Below, piece after piece: positions 14,061-48,153 of a stretch of DNA of 64,000 bases. The stretch spans positions 116,084 to 180,083 of the forward strand of contig NW_018408735.1 in assembly GCF_002113885.1 (NCBI RefSeq). Direction: 5' to 3'. This stretch comes from Mizuhopecten yessoensis. Taxonomy: Eukaryota. Within the stretch, counting starts at the first letter, position 1, and every line of letters begins with the position of its first letter. Under the pieces are notes generated by a model, which had not been told where the DNA came from, did not search any database, and saw only the letters and a list, made by a program, of their open reading frames with translations. A program made the position numbers and the translations under genes.

Positions 14061-16110
14061 AACAAGCAAGAGGCCCAGAGGGCCTGTATCGCTCACCTGA
14101 ATATGTTTAAAATAATTGGTATGAAGTAAAGATATACCACTCCATGGTAGGTGCTGTCATATGAAATTTCAGAAAGATCCATCCAGTACTAGAGATATAG
14201 CAAGAACAAACTTCAAACAGAGCCCAACCCCTAACCCCTAGGGGGTCATATCCGCCAATTATACAAAATTGAGTCCCCTTGGCACAAGGATGCTCCTGAC
14301 TAAATAACGATAAAATGTCCCTTAATCCCGATGGTCAAAGAAGGATTTTAAAGCTAATAGATAAACAGACACACTTTTCATTTCAAGAAATAATGTTAAA
14401 AGTAAGCAATAATCATAGATTATGTTTTTGGATGGCATCATTTTGTTGTATAATCTGTTATTCTGGGAAGAATACTCTGAGTTTTAAGGAACTTGCTATG
14501 GATACTCATTGTCTCAATTCCAAGTTTAATTTGTATGATTTGTCGGATGGTTTCCCATAAATAAATGAATAAACTTGTGGATTATGATGTTAAACAGCTA
14601 GTGTTGTCAATAACATTTGGAGTAAGACGGCATTTCAGAGGTATACACGGTGGGTCAAGTGGTAGATCGAAGCCGTCCAGTATACAGTTTTAGTGAAGTT
14701 TCTATTTATAGTAACAGTTACCTTGACCTTTGGACCTGAAAAGCAATCCCAATCAAGCACTTTTGGTAAGGAAGCACTACATGAAGTTTGAGTTTGATCG
14801 GCCCAAGGAAACTCAAGTTATCTCACGAAAACCTCTGTTCGGACGACGCCACCGCCGCCGACAAAGCAATACCTATGCGTGAAAAACGGATTTTGAAGTT
14901 TTACCTCTATTTCCCCTATTGGGCCCCTCCCTTCTGCCCCCAGGGAGGCCACACTCGCTGTTTATAGGAAATTGAGTCCCTTTTACCGAAGGATGCTCCA
15001 GACTGAATAAGGATAAAATCCCTTGATCCCTATGGTAGAAGAAGGATTATAAAGGTTTTACCTCTATTTCCCCTATTGGGCCCGCCCCTCAGATCCCAGG
15101 AAGGCCACACCCACCGTTTATACAAAAATGGTTTCCCTTTACCCAAGGATGTTCCACAACAAATCCTTTCATTCCTACAGAAGAAGAAGGATTTTGATGA
15201 ATAATTTGCTGTTTCCCCTATTGGGCCCCGCCCCTCAGGCCCCTGGGGGCCAGACTTACAGTTTATACAAAATTGGATCCCATTCCCCCAAGGATGCTTC
15301 TGACCAAATCCTTTCATTCCTACAGAAGAAGAATGATTTTAAAGAATAATTTGCTATGTTTCCCCTATAGGGCTCTGCCTTTGGGGCCCCTAGGTGGTGG
15401 TGGTGGTGGTGGTGGTGGGGGGGGGTCAGACCCACGGTATATACAAAATTTGATCCCCTTCACCCAAGGATGCTTCAGACCAAATCCTTTCATTCCTACA
15501 GAAGAAGAAGGATTTTAAAGAATTTGCTATATTTCCCCTATTGGGCCCCGCTTCTCAGGCCCCTGGGGGGCCAGACCCATGGTTTATACAAAATTGGTTT
15601 CCCTTTACCCAAGGATGTTCCACTCAAAATATGGACCAAATACTTTCATTCCTACAGAAGAAGAAGGATTTTTAAGAATAATTTGCTATGTTTCCCCTAT
15701 TGGGCCCTGCCCCTCTGACCCCAGGGGGGCCAGACCCATCGTTTATACAAAATTGGTTTCCCTTTACCCAAGGATGCTCCACACCAAATACAAATCCTTT
15801 CATTCCTACAGAAGAAGAAGGATTTTAAAGAAAAATTTGCTATATTTACTATAGTCTGAGCTTTCATAGCAATGAACCTTCCTATTAAGTTTGAAATGAA
15901 TCCATTCAAAATTACTGAAGCTATTGAGCGGAAACTGTTTCGGCAATTCTACAAAGGCCCATAACTGCGTAAATAACAGGCAAATAATTTTGGTCATCAA
16001 ACTTGTCCGAGCTTTCATGGCAATGAACCTTCCTATTAATTTTGAAATGAATCCATTCAAAATTACTCAGTTATTGAGCGTAAACTTATGTGTGCCGCGC
16101 GCCCGCCCAT
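14061..16110 (+). mobile_element. HINE-like composite element with internal repeats of about 140-170 bp
   Basis: Same 5' terminus as 5661 (caagaggcccagagggcctgtatcgctcacctg); repeated ttcccctattgggccc / cctacagaagaagaaggatttt units at 14900-15840; right end not clearly intact. Confidence 0.65.
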
Positions 16111-17940
16111 TATATTTTAGAAGATTGAATTTAAATTATTTCCTTTCTACTGCCACTCACTGGTCATTTCTGTTGACTGAACATATTTACCAAAGACGAA
16201 AATATATACAACAAATTCATGATTTAACAGGTAATTTTAATCAGTTGAAATACATGTGTAATATTAAAATACCAACTTTATTGATGATCTAGTGAAACAT
16301 GTGTATCATGACAATGTTTCGATTCTATTTTAATTTAGTGCTAACTAAATGTAATACAGTATGATACATGTACTACTGTGTAATATTTAATGATTTGTCT
16401 AACTATCCAACATTTCTAAACACTTTGTATTATAAAGTTCATTATTTCAATTTCAATACATATCTAATGCATCCAACATCTATCACACTACAGGAAGATC
16501 TCAACCTGGAGGAGTTAAAGAGAACCACAGTGAAAGTCAAAAGGTCATGCTTAGCTAATAGGTAAACCTAATTAGCCTTACCTCTTCATCAGCATGCTCA
16601 ATGTGGCTATTGAATTTTTCCAAATCCTCTGGGGGGTTTTCCCTGATTTTTTTTTTTTAATCATTAATAAGCAATTTAATGGCCATTAAATTTATCTTGT
16701 GTTGAAGATCTAAACCATTTTTATTCTTACAGAATAAATTAAATGGTCATTGAATATTAAATAGATAATTTCTGTGCCATTAATTCAAAGCTAGTCTGTT
16801 TTTAATAGCCATATTTCTTTTGTCAATGCTCATTAAATATGGTCATTTACATCATCAAAACTTCTGATAAATTCTGTCATTAATGTGCATTACATAACAC
16901 CATTACTAGAATAAAGCACAGTAATGTCAAGCCAATTAATAGAGTACATTAAAGTCCTGGATTTAATGGGTCCTCATAAATCTTTCCATTAAGAAAAGCA
17001 GTTTTTATTTCATAATTTGCTAAGCGTTAATTGATCATTTGTACTCATGGTTTTTCATGGTCTAGTGATAGTACACGATTTGATTGTGCAGAAAGTTGAG
17101 CCTATATTAACTGTTTGGCTATTTTGGTCAATGATTCGATATTAGCAATTTAAACATGAACACTACATGTACATGTAAATTGAAACTACAAACATCACTT
17201 ACTGTCAAAGTTTCACAACTATGATACTGGTCACCATTTCTTACAGAATGTAACAGCATATAACTGTTGTTTATATATCCCTACCTGTATAAAATTGTTA
17301 CTAGTATCTGTTAGCAAATTGAATTGATACTGACAGCATTAAACATACAAAAGACAAGACTAAACCTTACAATCCATATCTAGACATGTTTCTCCTTAGA
17401 ATAAACTAGCACTGAATGTGACCATCACTGAGGATGAATGTCAATTAAGCATAGCCCTCATTGATGTAACAAACTACACCGACAATGCTACAGTTCTGTC
17501 ACGTTACAGTGAATGGACATGGAATGGTGTCATCTAATACACACAGCACTATCAAGATTTCTTTCAAAAACTATTATGAATCAGCTTACATAAGCTAAAT
17601 AAAACAATGAAAGAATCGGCATAAATGTTGGATAGCATCATCAATAGTGAAATAATATTCGGTGGCTTACTCTGCTCAACTGCTGATAGCAGGATCAACT
17701 ATGGGGAAATCCTCACTGTAACCGATTCACCAGCTGTACCTATCAATGGAACCATGGAAAGTCCTCAGAAAAAACATAAATCAATTACACCGACAACCAC
17801 TTTCACAGTTCAGGAACTCGTCCAAGGAAAAAAAGTCAAGTTACCAATTCCAAGACAACACAAACCATCAAAGATCTTCAATAAAATTATCTACAAGCGA
17901 AAGCCTATGGCCTAGGAAAAAGTAATGATTACTGAGTAGC

Positions 17941-18130
17941 TATTCCGTATTTGCGTATTGCAGAGTTATCTTATCTTGGGAGCAGGTATTGATTGTTATG
18001 TCCCTTGTTTGTGAGAGTAACGTCATCAATTTTTGAGAAAACGATGTAATTTTCTCGCACAAACCAATGACGTAACAATCATTCCCTGCTCACAAGAGAA
18101 GATAACTCTGCAATACACAAAGATGGAATA
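17941..18130. mobile_element. MITE of about 190 bp
   Basis: TIRs tattccgtatttgcgtattgcagagttatc / gataactctgcaatacacaaagatggaata. Confidence 0.7.
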
Positions 18131-18334
18131 TAGGCTTAACAAATTATGAAACACTTAAGACACAAACAAGCTGCAGTAGCCTGACCCTAGAATGGCTAAA
18201 CACAAGAGGAGTGACTGGTATAAAAGGAATGTTGTATGGATATTGTGTGTGAACTGATAGGGATGAACATACAAGTAACTACAGTACCATCACTTACCAA
18301 AATACCTTAATAATTACCTGTTTTTTAAGGTATC

Positions 18335-18512
18335 TGTATTACAAACACTTCAGTAATCCTGATTTTGTATTACAAGCCTTTCAGTGACTGTGCTATTGTA
18401 TTACAAACACTTCAGTAATCCTGATTTTGTTTTACAAGCCTTTCAGTGACTGTGACATTGTATTACAAACCTTTCAATAAACCTGATATTGTATTACAAA
18501 CACTTCAGTGAT
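18335..18512. repeat. Tandem repeat of about 31 bp (tgtattacaaacacttcagtaatcctgatt)
   Basis: About 6 imperfect alternating units. Confidence 0.7.
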
Positions 18513-20245
18513 CATGATATGCATTGAAATAGTACAAAAACATTGCTGCTCACATCAGCTTGTGGCCTAATTGTAAAACATCCACATACACATCAGGCAA
18601 CCAAGCTATAACAACGCCAACATCACAGGTCTCACTCAACTAGCAACCTGTTTCACATTAATAATTAGAAGCTACACTCTCTACCAGGGAGACCTTTGTA
18701 CTTTGTTGATAAATCAAATTGACATGATTGTTTAATAGTTCTGTCTGAAATTTCTGCCACATCATAAGGTTAGTGATGAGTTAACACAAACCTGGGAGAT
18801 TCAGGTATAATGGGGAATGACCAACAGAGACACGTAGACTATCAGAAAATATCATTTATAACTGTTAAATAGAGTGTAAATGCATATAACAAGTTGCTGA
18901 TAGCATTATTAATATAAATTTTAATATATACTCAAGCATATATCTTACAGAAACTATTTACATGTTAATATTAAATAGATAAACATAATAAGTGTTGATG
19001 AGATGACATGGAATCATCGTTAGAGAAACACACAGTTGTGTATTGCATACATAGATGACAGGACGGACATCTAGTGTCCATTACTCATACATGGCTATAG
19101 GACGGACATCTAGTGTCCATTACTCATACATGGCTATAAAATAGTTCAAGACCTAAGAAAAAAGGAAGATCTGAATCGAATTAAACCATCAGCAAGTCGA
19201 AGGTACAGATCTGCAAAAATCCAGCATCATCTGAATTGAAATGTTCCATTTCTGGACAAGAATATGCATTATCATACTCAACTAAAATTTTGTTTAGTGT
19301 GCAATGAAAAAATAAAAATATGAATTTGCACATTTTTTTACGATATAACGTATCATTGATGGTAAAACAGGATAACAAATTGACAATAAACTTATAGAGT
19401 AATTGAGATAAACAGCAATTTATCAGACACATCAAAAGGTAGGATGGTTAGAAGTTACACATTTCAATCCTGAATTTGAAAGGAGATACATGCGACTGAT
19501 GCATTCTATGCACAAAATCATATGAGTAATAATATTTTACAACAATCTATACCCTTTACTGCAGCTTTCAAGGTTTAATTAAAAAATAAAACATGTAATA
19601 CATGTACATAAAGTTCCAATTACTACGGAGAAGATCTTACAAAACAGATAAACATTTTACTACTCTCAGTTTGATGAAAGTTTTCATATAATTACGACTA
19701 TTTACTTGCCTCCAGGAGCTACAAACACACATCAGTCTTCAACACAAATAGTGATGCTATGTAATAAGGACCAGCCAAACCTATTCCATCAGAACCTTCA
19801 GAATAGTCTCCTCCCAGCATTCATCCCTCCTGACATTCCAGTAACAACAAAGTTATCATGTTATCTAAAAATACAATTTTCCTTTGTAAAGACTGACCTT
19901 AACTTCCTTTTTCTTTACATAAAGGTCTTTTAAACTTCACAGTACATTGTAACTTTACATCACATCTCCATTTGAAAGAAGATTAAACTGTTTTTGTTCG
20001 TGATACTAGGAGAGAGTGTGTGTACATAAGAACAATGAAGCGAGACAGCCCCCTGTGATGGTGAGCCCTCAAACCTACCCACACCTCGTTACAACATGCT
20101 ATACTGTGATATACAAGAGATACAAGTCCAGCAGCTTCTGTCTATAAATGGTCAGCAGTCGATCCCAACGATCAATCATTGTAACACCTTAGCATGCCTC
20201 CAGAGGTGACGTTGGGTAAACCACAGTTAGACTGAAACATTGTCT

Positions 20246-42671
<22,426 letters not shown>

Positions 42672-42819
42672 CACAATTTCACAGTCAAACCGAGTCGACA
42701 GACTATAAATAAAGCATTTGTTCCTTACTGTCAAAATGTATGGATTACCGACGACAGTTACAACCTTTACATCTAGAAATCGCCTGTCAAACTCCGGGAT
42801 GTAATCGACAACTCGATCG

Positions 42820-42850
42820 ATATTTAGATACGGAAGTGACGTCCAGCTGA
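42820..42850 (-). promoter_or_regulatory. Putative MEK proximal promoter (ETS-CRE composite CGGAAGTGACGT)
   Basis: cggaagtgacgt at 42831-42842, about 160 nt upstream of the MEK ATG in a CpG-richer patch. Confidence 0.4.
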
Positions 42851-43295
42851 ATTGATATATACTACTTGACACAAGTAATACTCCCATAACCGACCCTTGC
42901 TATGGTAGTTAGGAATGCGCGCAAACGCTCAAGCAGTTAAACAAATTTGTTTCTGAACGTGAATTTTCTTATAGCAAATAGCAAAAATATAATAAAAAAT
43001 CACTGTAAATAATAACAGGGATGTGTAGCACCAGGGATGTGTAGTCCACTTCACATCCCTGATAATAATTAATGCACAAGCACAAGACTGACTTCCCGCG
43101 TAATCGTCGGTATCGACGGAGGAAGCTTAGAAGATGAAGAAACGTAATTCTTTCGGCAAAGGTCGTTTTGAAATCCAAACCTCGAACTTTTGATCCTCCT
43201 CGCACACATATATGGCAGCTGAAATTGAAAAAATATTAGTTCCTACATTTTAACAAGATTTTTTTTTTTATATATATATTAGCATTTCATTCATC

Positions 43296-43320
43296 CAGAG
43301 ACGTGTTATATACGTCTCTG
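43296..43320. mobile_element. 25-bp palindromic TIR remnant with a 7-bp TSD (same family)
   Basis: attcatc|cagagacg-tgttatatacgtctctg|attcatc. Confidence 0.75.
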
Positions 43321-43946
43321 ATTCATCCATTTCAAAATCATTTCTATTTTTAAAATACGTTTAAATATTAATAAATCGCCCTTTTTATATTTAAAATGGA
43401 TTTTCTGTAATATGTTAAGAAACGATCGAGTTTCACCAGGCGTATCAGCTTATTCGCGAGAAGACATCGAAGACTCAGTTAGATTATATGGTTTTTCGAT
43501 TGGTTTAAATAGTTTCTACCAAACGGGAAAATATGTTAACATTCCTGTAATCGACGTATTCTTGGTATTTAATTATATGTGTTAAATAAAAAATTGGTTT
43601 TTTACCGCTAACAACGAATTGACAGAGATACGAAATGTGAAAAACACTACTAAATCACAGGTACTAGCCTCGTCTGTCAATACACACATACTATAATACA
43701 GGTTTATTGACAAACGAGGCTAGAACCTGTGCACTTAATAATAGTTATTACTAAAAATCAATCTACGTTTAGGTCTCAAGACACTCGCGGCTACTGTAAG
43801 TGTTATAGTGTATCTGTTTAGGCTGGCCAGGACATATCAAATATCCCCGCCCCATGCCTCCAGTTACGTCATACTATCTCTTACGAAAGGGGTACTACTA
43901 CATTGCCTCGAGCAGGTCAAATGTACCTGTACATGCCTAAAACAAC

Positions 43947-44917
43947 AGGGGGTCTGATTAACGTGGGGGTGGGGGTCTGATGAACGTGTGGATGGGNNNN
44001 NNNNNNNNNNNNNNNNNNNNNNNNNNNNNNNNNNNNNNNNNNNNNNNNNNNNNNNNNNNNNNNNNNNNNNNNNNNNNNNNNNNNNNNNNNNNNNNNNNNN
44101 NNNNNNNNNNNNNNNNNNNNNNNNNNNNNNNNNNNNNNNNNNNNNNNNNNNNNNNNNNNNNNNNNNNNNNNNNNNNNNNNNNNNNNNNNNNNNNNNNNNN
44201 NNNNNNNNNNNNNNNNNNNNNNNNNNNNNNNNNNNNNNNNNNNNNNNNNNNNNNNNNNNNNNNNNNNNNNNNNNNNNNNNNNNNNNNNNNNNNNNNNNNN
44301 NNNNNNNNNNNNNNNNNNNNNNNNNNNNNNNNNNNNNNNNNNNNNNNNNNNNNNNNNNNNNNNNNNNNNNNNNNNNNNNNNNNNNNNNNNNNNNNNNNNN
44401 NNNNNNNNNNNNNNNNNNNNNNNNNNNNNNNNNNNNNNNNNNNNNNNNNNNNNNNNNNNNNNNNNNNNNNNNNNNNNNNNNNNNNNNNNNNNNNNNNNNN
44501 NNNNNNNNNNNNNNNNNNNNNNNNNNNNNNNNNNNNNNNNNNNNNNNNNNNNNNNNNNNNNNNNNNNNNNNNNNNNNNNNNNNNNNNNNNNNNNNNNNNN
44601 NNNNNNNNNNNNNNNNNNNNNNNNNNNNNNNNNNNNNNNNNNNNNNNNNNNNNNNNNNNNNNNNNNNNNNNNNNNNNNNNNNNNNNNNNNNNNNNNNNNN
44701 NNNNNNNNNNNNNNNNNNNNNNNNNNNNNNNNNNNNNNNNNNNNNNNNNNNNNNNNNNNNNNNNNNNNNNNNNNNNNNNNNNNNNNNNNNNNNNNNNNNN
44801 NNNNNNNNNNNNNNNNNNNNNNNNNNNNNNGGTCTGATTAACGTGTGGATGACGGGGTTGGGGGTCTGATTAACGTGTGGATGACGGGGGTGGGGGTCTG
44901 ATTAACGTGTGGATGAC
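43947..44917. repeat. G-rich tandem repeat of about 32 bp flanking an assembly gap (Ns at 43997-44830)
   Basis: gggggtctgattaacgtgtggatgacgggg units on both sides of the N run. Confidence 0.85.
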
Positions 44918-45494
44918 ACAAACTATTGCCTCAGAGCAGTTGCTTTTGATTTCGGTGTTTGGGATTTGACAGCTTCGCCATGAATGTTTGTTAGTTGGTA
45001 ACCCACGAAATAAAGGTCATTGTCTGTCAATGTCTCCGCTAGGCCGGGGTCGAACCCTTGATCTTATGGCATGAGCTTTAGAGAAATTCTCCCTAGCTGA
45101 GTCGGTAAGAAGCAGCTAGTATTACAAGGGTGACATACTCACTCTCCAGAAAAGAACTTGTCCCAAGTTTTCCAGGGATCATACATAGCGATTCTTTTGA
45201 AAGTTATCGCTGGATATTTTTGTCCCTAGGTGGGCGACAATGTAACAAAGATCACTTAGATAGCAATCTAATTCCGTACAGATAACTAATTTTCAATGTT
45301 CCACTGAGAGTTGAATTCGGGACCTCTTGTATCAGAGACGTATTATAGTATTTTATACATCTCTGGCCGAATGAGCTAGCGAGAAATTCTCCCTAATGAC
45401 AGAATAGATGATTTTTTTTCATAAAAAATATATTGCATGGCAAAGATGATTTACTATTTATATAATCGTTCACGTGGACTTGAGAATTTGTTAC

Positions 45495-45636
45495 AATTTT
45501 ACACGTTTTAGGTGTTCAGATCGATTTTCGATTAGACTGCCACCCAAACGATGATAAAATACGACTATATTAATTATGATCAATGGGGTGGCATTTTTAC
45601 TAAAAATTGATCTGAACCCCTAAAACGTGTAAAATT
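45495..45636. mobile_element. Palindromic MITE-like element
   Basis: aattttacacgttttagg.gttcagatc / gatctgaacccctaaaacgtgtaaaatt arms with inner gccaccc/gggtggc. Confidence 0.6.
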
Positions 45637-46447
45637 CCTCTAAACACCTTAGCTTAGGTCCAAATATAGCTGTAACAAATGAGCAAGTCCACATATAATC
45701 GTTGTGTATAACAGAATTGTGTTGTTTGTGGGGATTCAGATAAATTACTAGAGAATTGTGTGCGTGTTCAGCGACATATGGGCCTTATATAACGTCTCTG
45801 TGTGTCTGCATGTGAAATAACATCGCTCAATTTACATGAAAAATATCTTTAACATTTAATCTTCATTTATCAGAAAATTAAACATATCTTTTTCTTTCTC
45901 TTTGCATAAGAGAATTATTTAATTGCAATGGATAAAGGATTGCAAACTGCGTTTACCATGAATTCCGTGGCATTACTGAAAAATCATTCATTAACTTTTG
46001 TTTTTCGTATACCTCGTTTCGGATACACATTTTTGTGTTTTTACACTAAAATCACAGACTTAGATAGCAAATATAATTCCGTGCTAAAACAATGGTATTT
46101 ATTGTATTTTTTGAATCCATCTATTTATTTTCATTAAGGTCATTATAACTAATACACTAATAATTATAATTATAACTAATAGTTATACACTGTTTCCAAT
46201 GCGTAGCCTTAGTTTTCGGCAGTGGTACGATTACAATAAATATATGTCTCGGGGTTAATTAGCAATCTGTTCAGGTAGGAGCAAAGGAATTCAGAAGAAA
46301 AAAAATGCTTATTATTATATTACATCACACATTGACAGGTTCATGTGTTTGTCAGATTAATTAAGAAAGGGCATAATATAGGTTTAAGCGCCATAATCTG
46401 AAATTCTCTCAACGAACCAGTTCAGGTCAATTTGCGTGTGCGAAGTA

Positions 46448-46491
46448 ATATATATACAATATGCCAACTTCCTCTTCCGGCTCAACCTAGG
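46448..46491 (+). promoter_or_regulatory. RPL17: RPL17 TCT/5'TOP promoter and short non-coding first exon
   Basis: Pyrimidine tract cttcctcttcc at 46468-46478 preceded by an AT-rich tatata stretch, then donor AGG|gtgaga at 46492. Exon 2 acceptor ttttttcag at 48139. Typical ribosomal-protein gene layout. Confidence 0.75.
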
Positions 46492-48153
46492 GTGAGAATG
46501 TGTACATATTTATCATGCCTACAAAATCCCTCTGAATCTCCGTCATCTGTAAATATATCAAACTGTTTTCATCATTATAAATAAATTTGAACTTTCATCT
46601 CACTGTTTTCATCATTATCACACACTATAACGACCGATTCCCTTCACAAATATGATCTTGGACATTGAGTGAAACCGATGTTTTTACCCGTAAATCGAAC
46701 CTGTGTTGACCCGTCGGGATAGTTGAAATTTACTGTAATGGGTTTATGATAAACGTCTTGCCAAAGGAAATACTTTTTAACGTTTGACTGCCGACTGGTG
46801 TGATACTGGCCTTGCCATGGTGTCGTTTTCGTTTCATGTCGACAGCACTTTTTCACACAAGTCGTTGCAAGTGATTGGCATCGGTTATTATCTAAAATTT
46901 TACATTGGAGTAATTATAAACGTGGTTCTAAGTTTCAAAATGTGGTCGGTTTTCGTTAAGCCGTGGTGTCTGGTGAGCAGTTATTTTTTTATATGAATAT
47001 GCTACAGGGTTTGTTTATAGTTGGTATAATAATAAATGCGGAAGAAACCATGCTGTCCCCTCCCGAACCCCGAAAATATGAATAGCTGTCCCTAAACATT
47101 TGGATATATTAACTTCAACAGGATACTCTAAAACGTTCAATATACTGAACATTATTTAGAAGCGTCAGAGAGATAGGTTAAAAACAAGTATTTTTATTTT
47201 TAGAATTATATGATAGAAACAACATATACGGTTTGAATTTGTGAGAGAGGAGATTTGCCTTCAGTCATATCAAGTAAATGGCAACAAAACCTGTGGTTAC
47301 AGAAAGTTTAATTTCTTCTACAATCAGTTCATCATCTTTTTAACTCGTTCACTGCTGAAATTTAAAGACACATTTGAACTCTTATAATTCAAAATGTCCG
47401 GGGTTAAAGACTTTATGTTGAAAAAACATCTGTCTTGTAGACAACATATGTGGTCATCAGGAGTCATCCATATTTTAATCACAAATGGAGTGTTGCACAT
47501 ACTTTTTATAGAGACCAACTACTCATACAGTCATAGGCCATATTAATAACCGGAAGGAACCAATATGATTGCTCAACAGAACCTTTCCATCATTCATGGT
47601 CATCATGTTTCTTATAAATCTTATTTTGAACCACTTTGATTCAATCATTATATAGCTCACCAAAAACCTTTTCTGCAAGGAATCTGTTTTTTTTTTTTAA
47701 TCTCATTCTGGCAACACTACAGACTTCACCATTTTATCAGCATACATGCTCCGGTTTGTCCGCATCAATCCACCGCATGTGCATTCCTGTTTTATAGTGA
47801 GGCGCATGTATCCGTCTGCTAGAGAAATGATTACCTACAGTTGAGATTTCTGACGTTGCTGTAAGGCACACCGTATCCAATGATCTGACGGTTATACCCG
47901 GTAGTAGCCATTACTGCGCTACCCAGAGGGTGCCCATGGTGTTCAATGTCTACTTTATAATACATTTTCAGTAAATCTTGTCCTGGCTGTAAATTTAAGC
48001 CATTGAAGATATCTTGAGGGAACTTGAGGTTATCTATGTATTGCTTACATTACCCAAATATGCGTATTGACTAGTGTTAAGGAGAGACATGTATATGTTT
48101 GGTTTTGTTTCCAGTACATGTATAATGTTGTTTTTTCAGAACCAGCCAACAGT

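Noticed and set aside
12741-14110. Cluster of His/Cys/Thr-rich ORFs
   Set aside because: Products of a 21-22 bp tandem repeat in several frames on both strands.
43980-44869. Long X-containing ORFs
   Set aside because: Artefact of the N gap.
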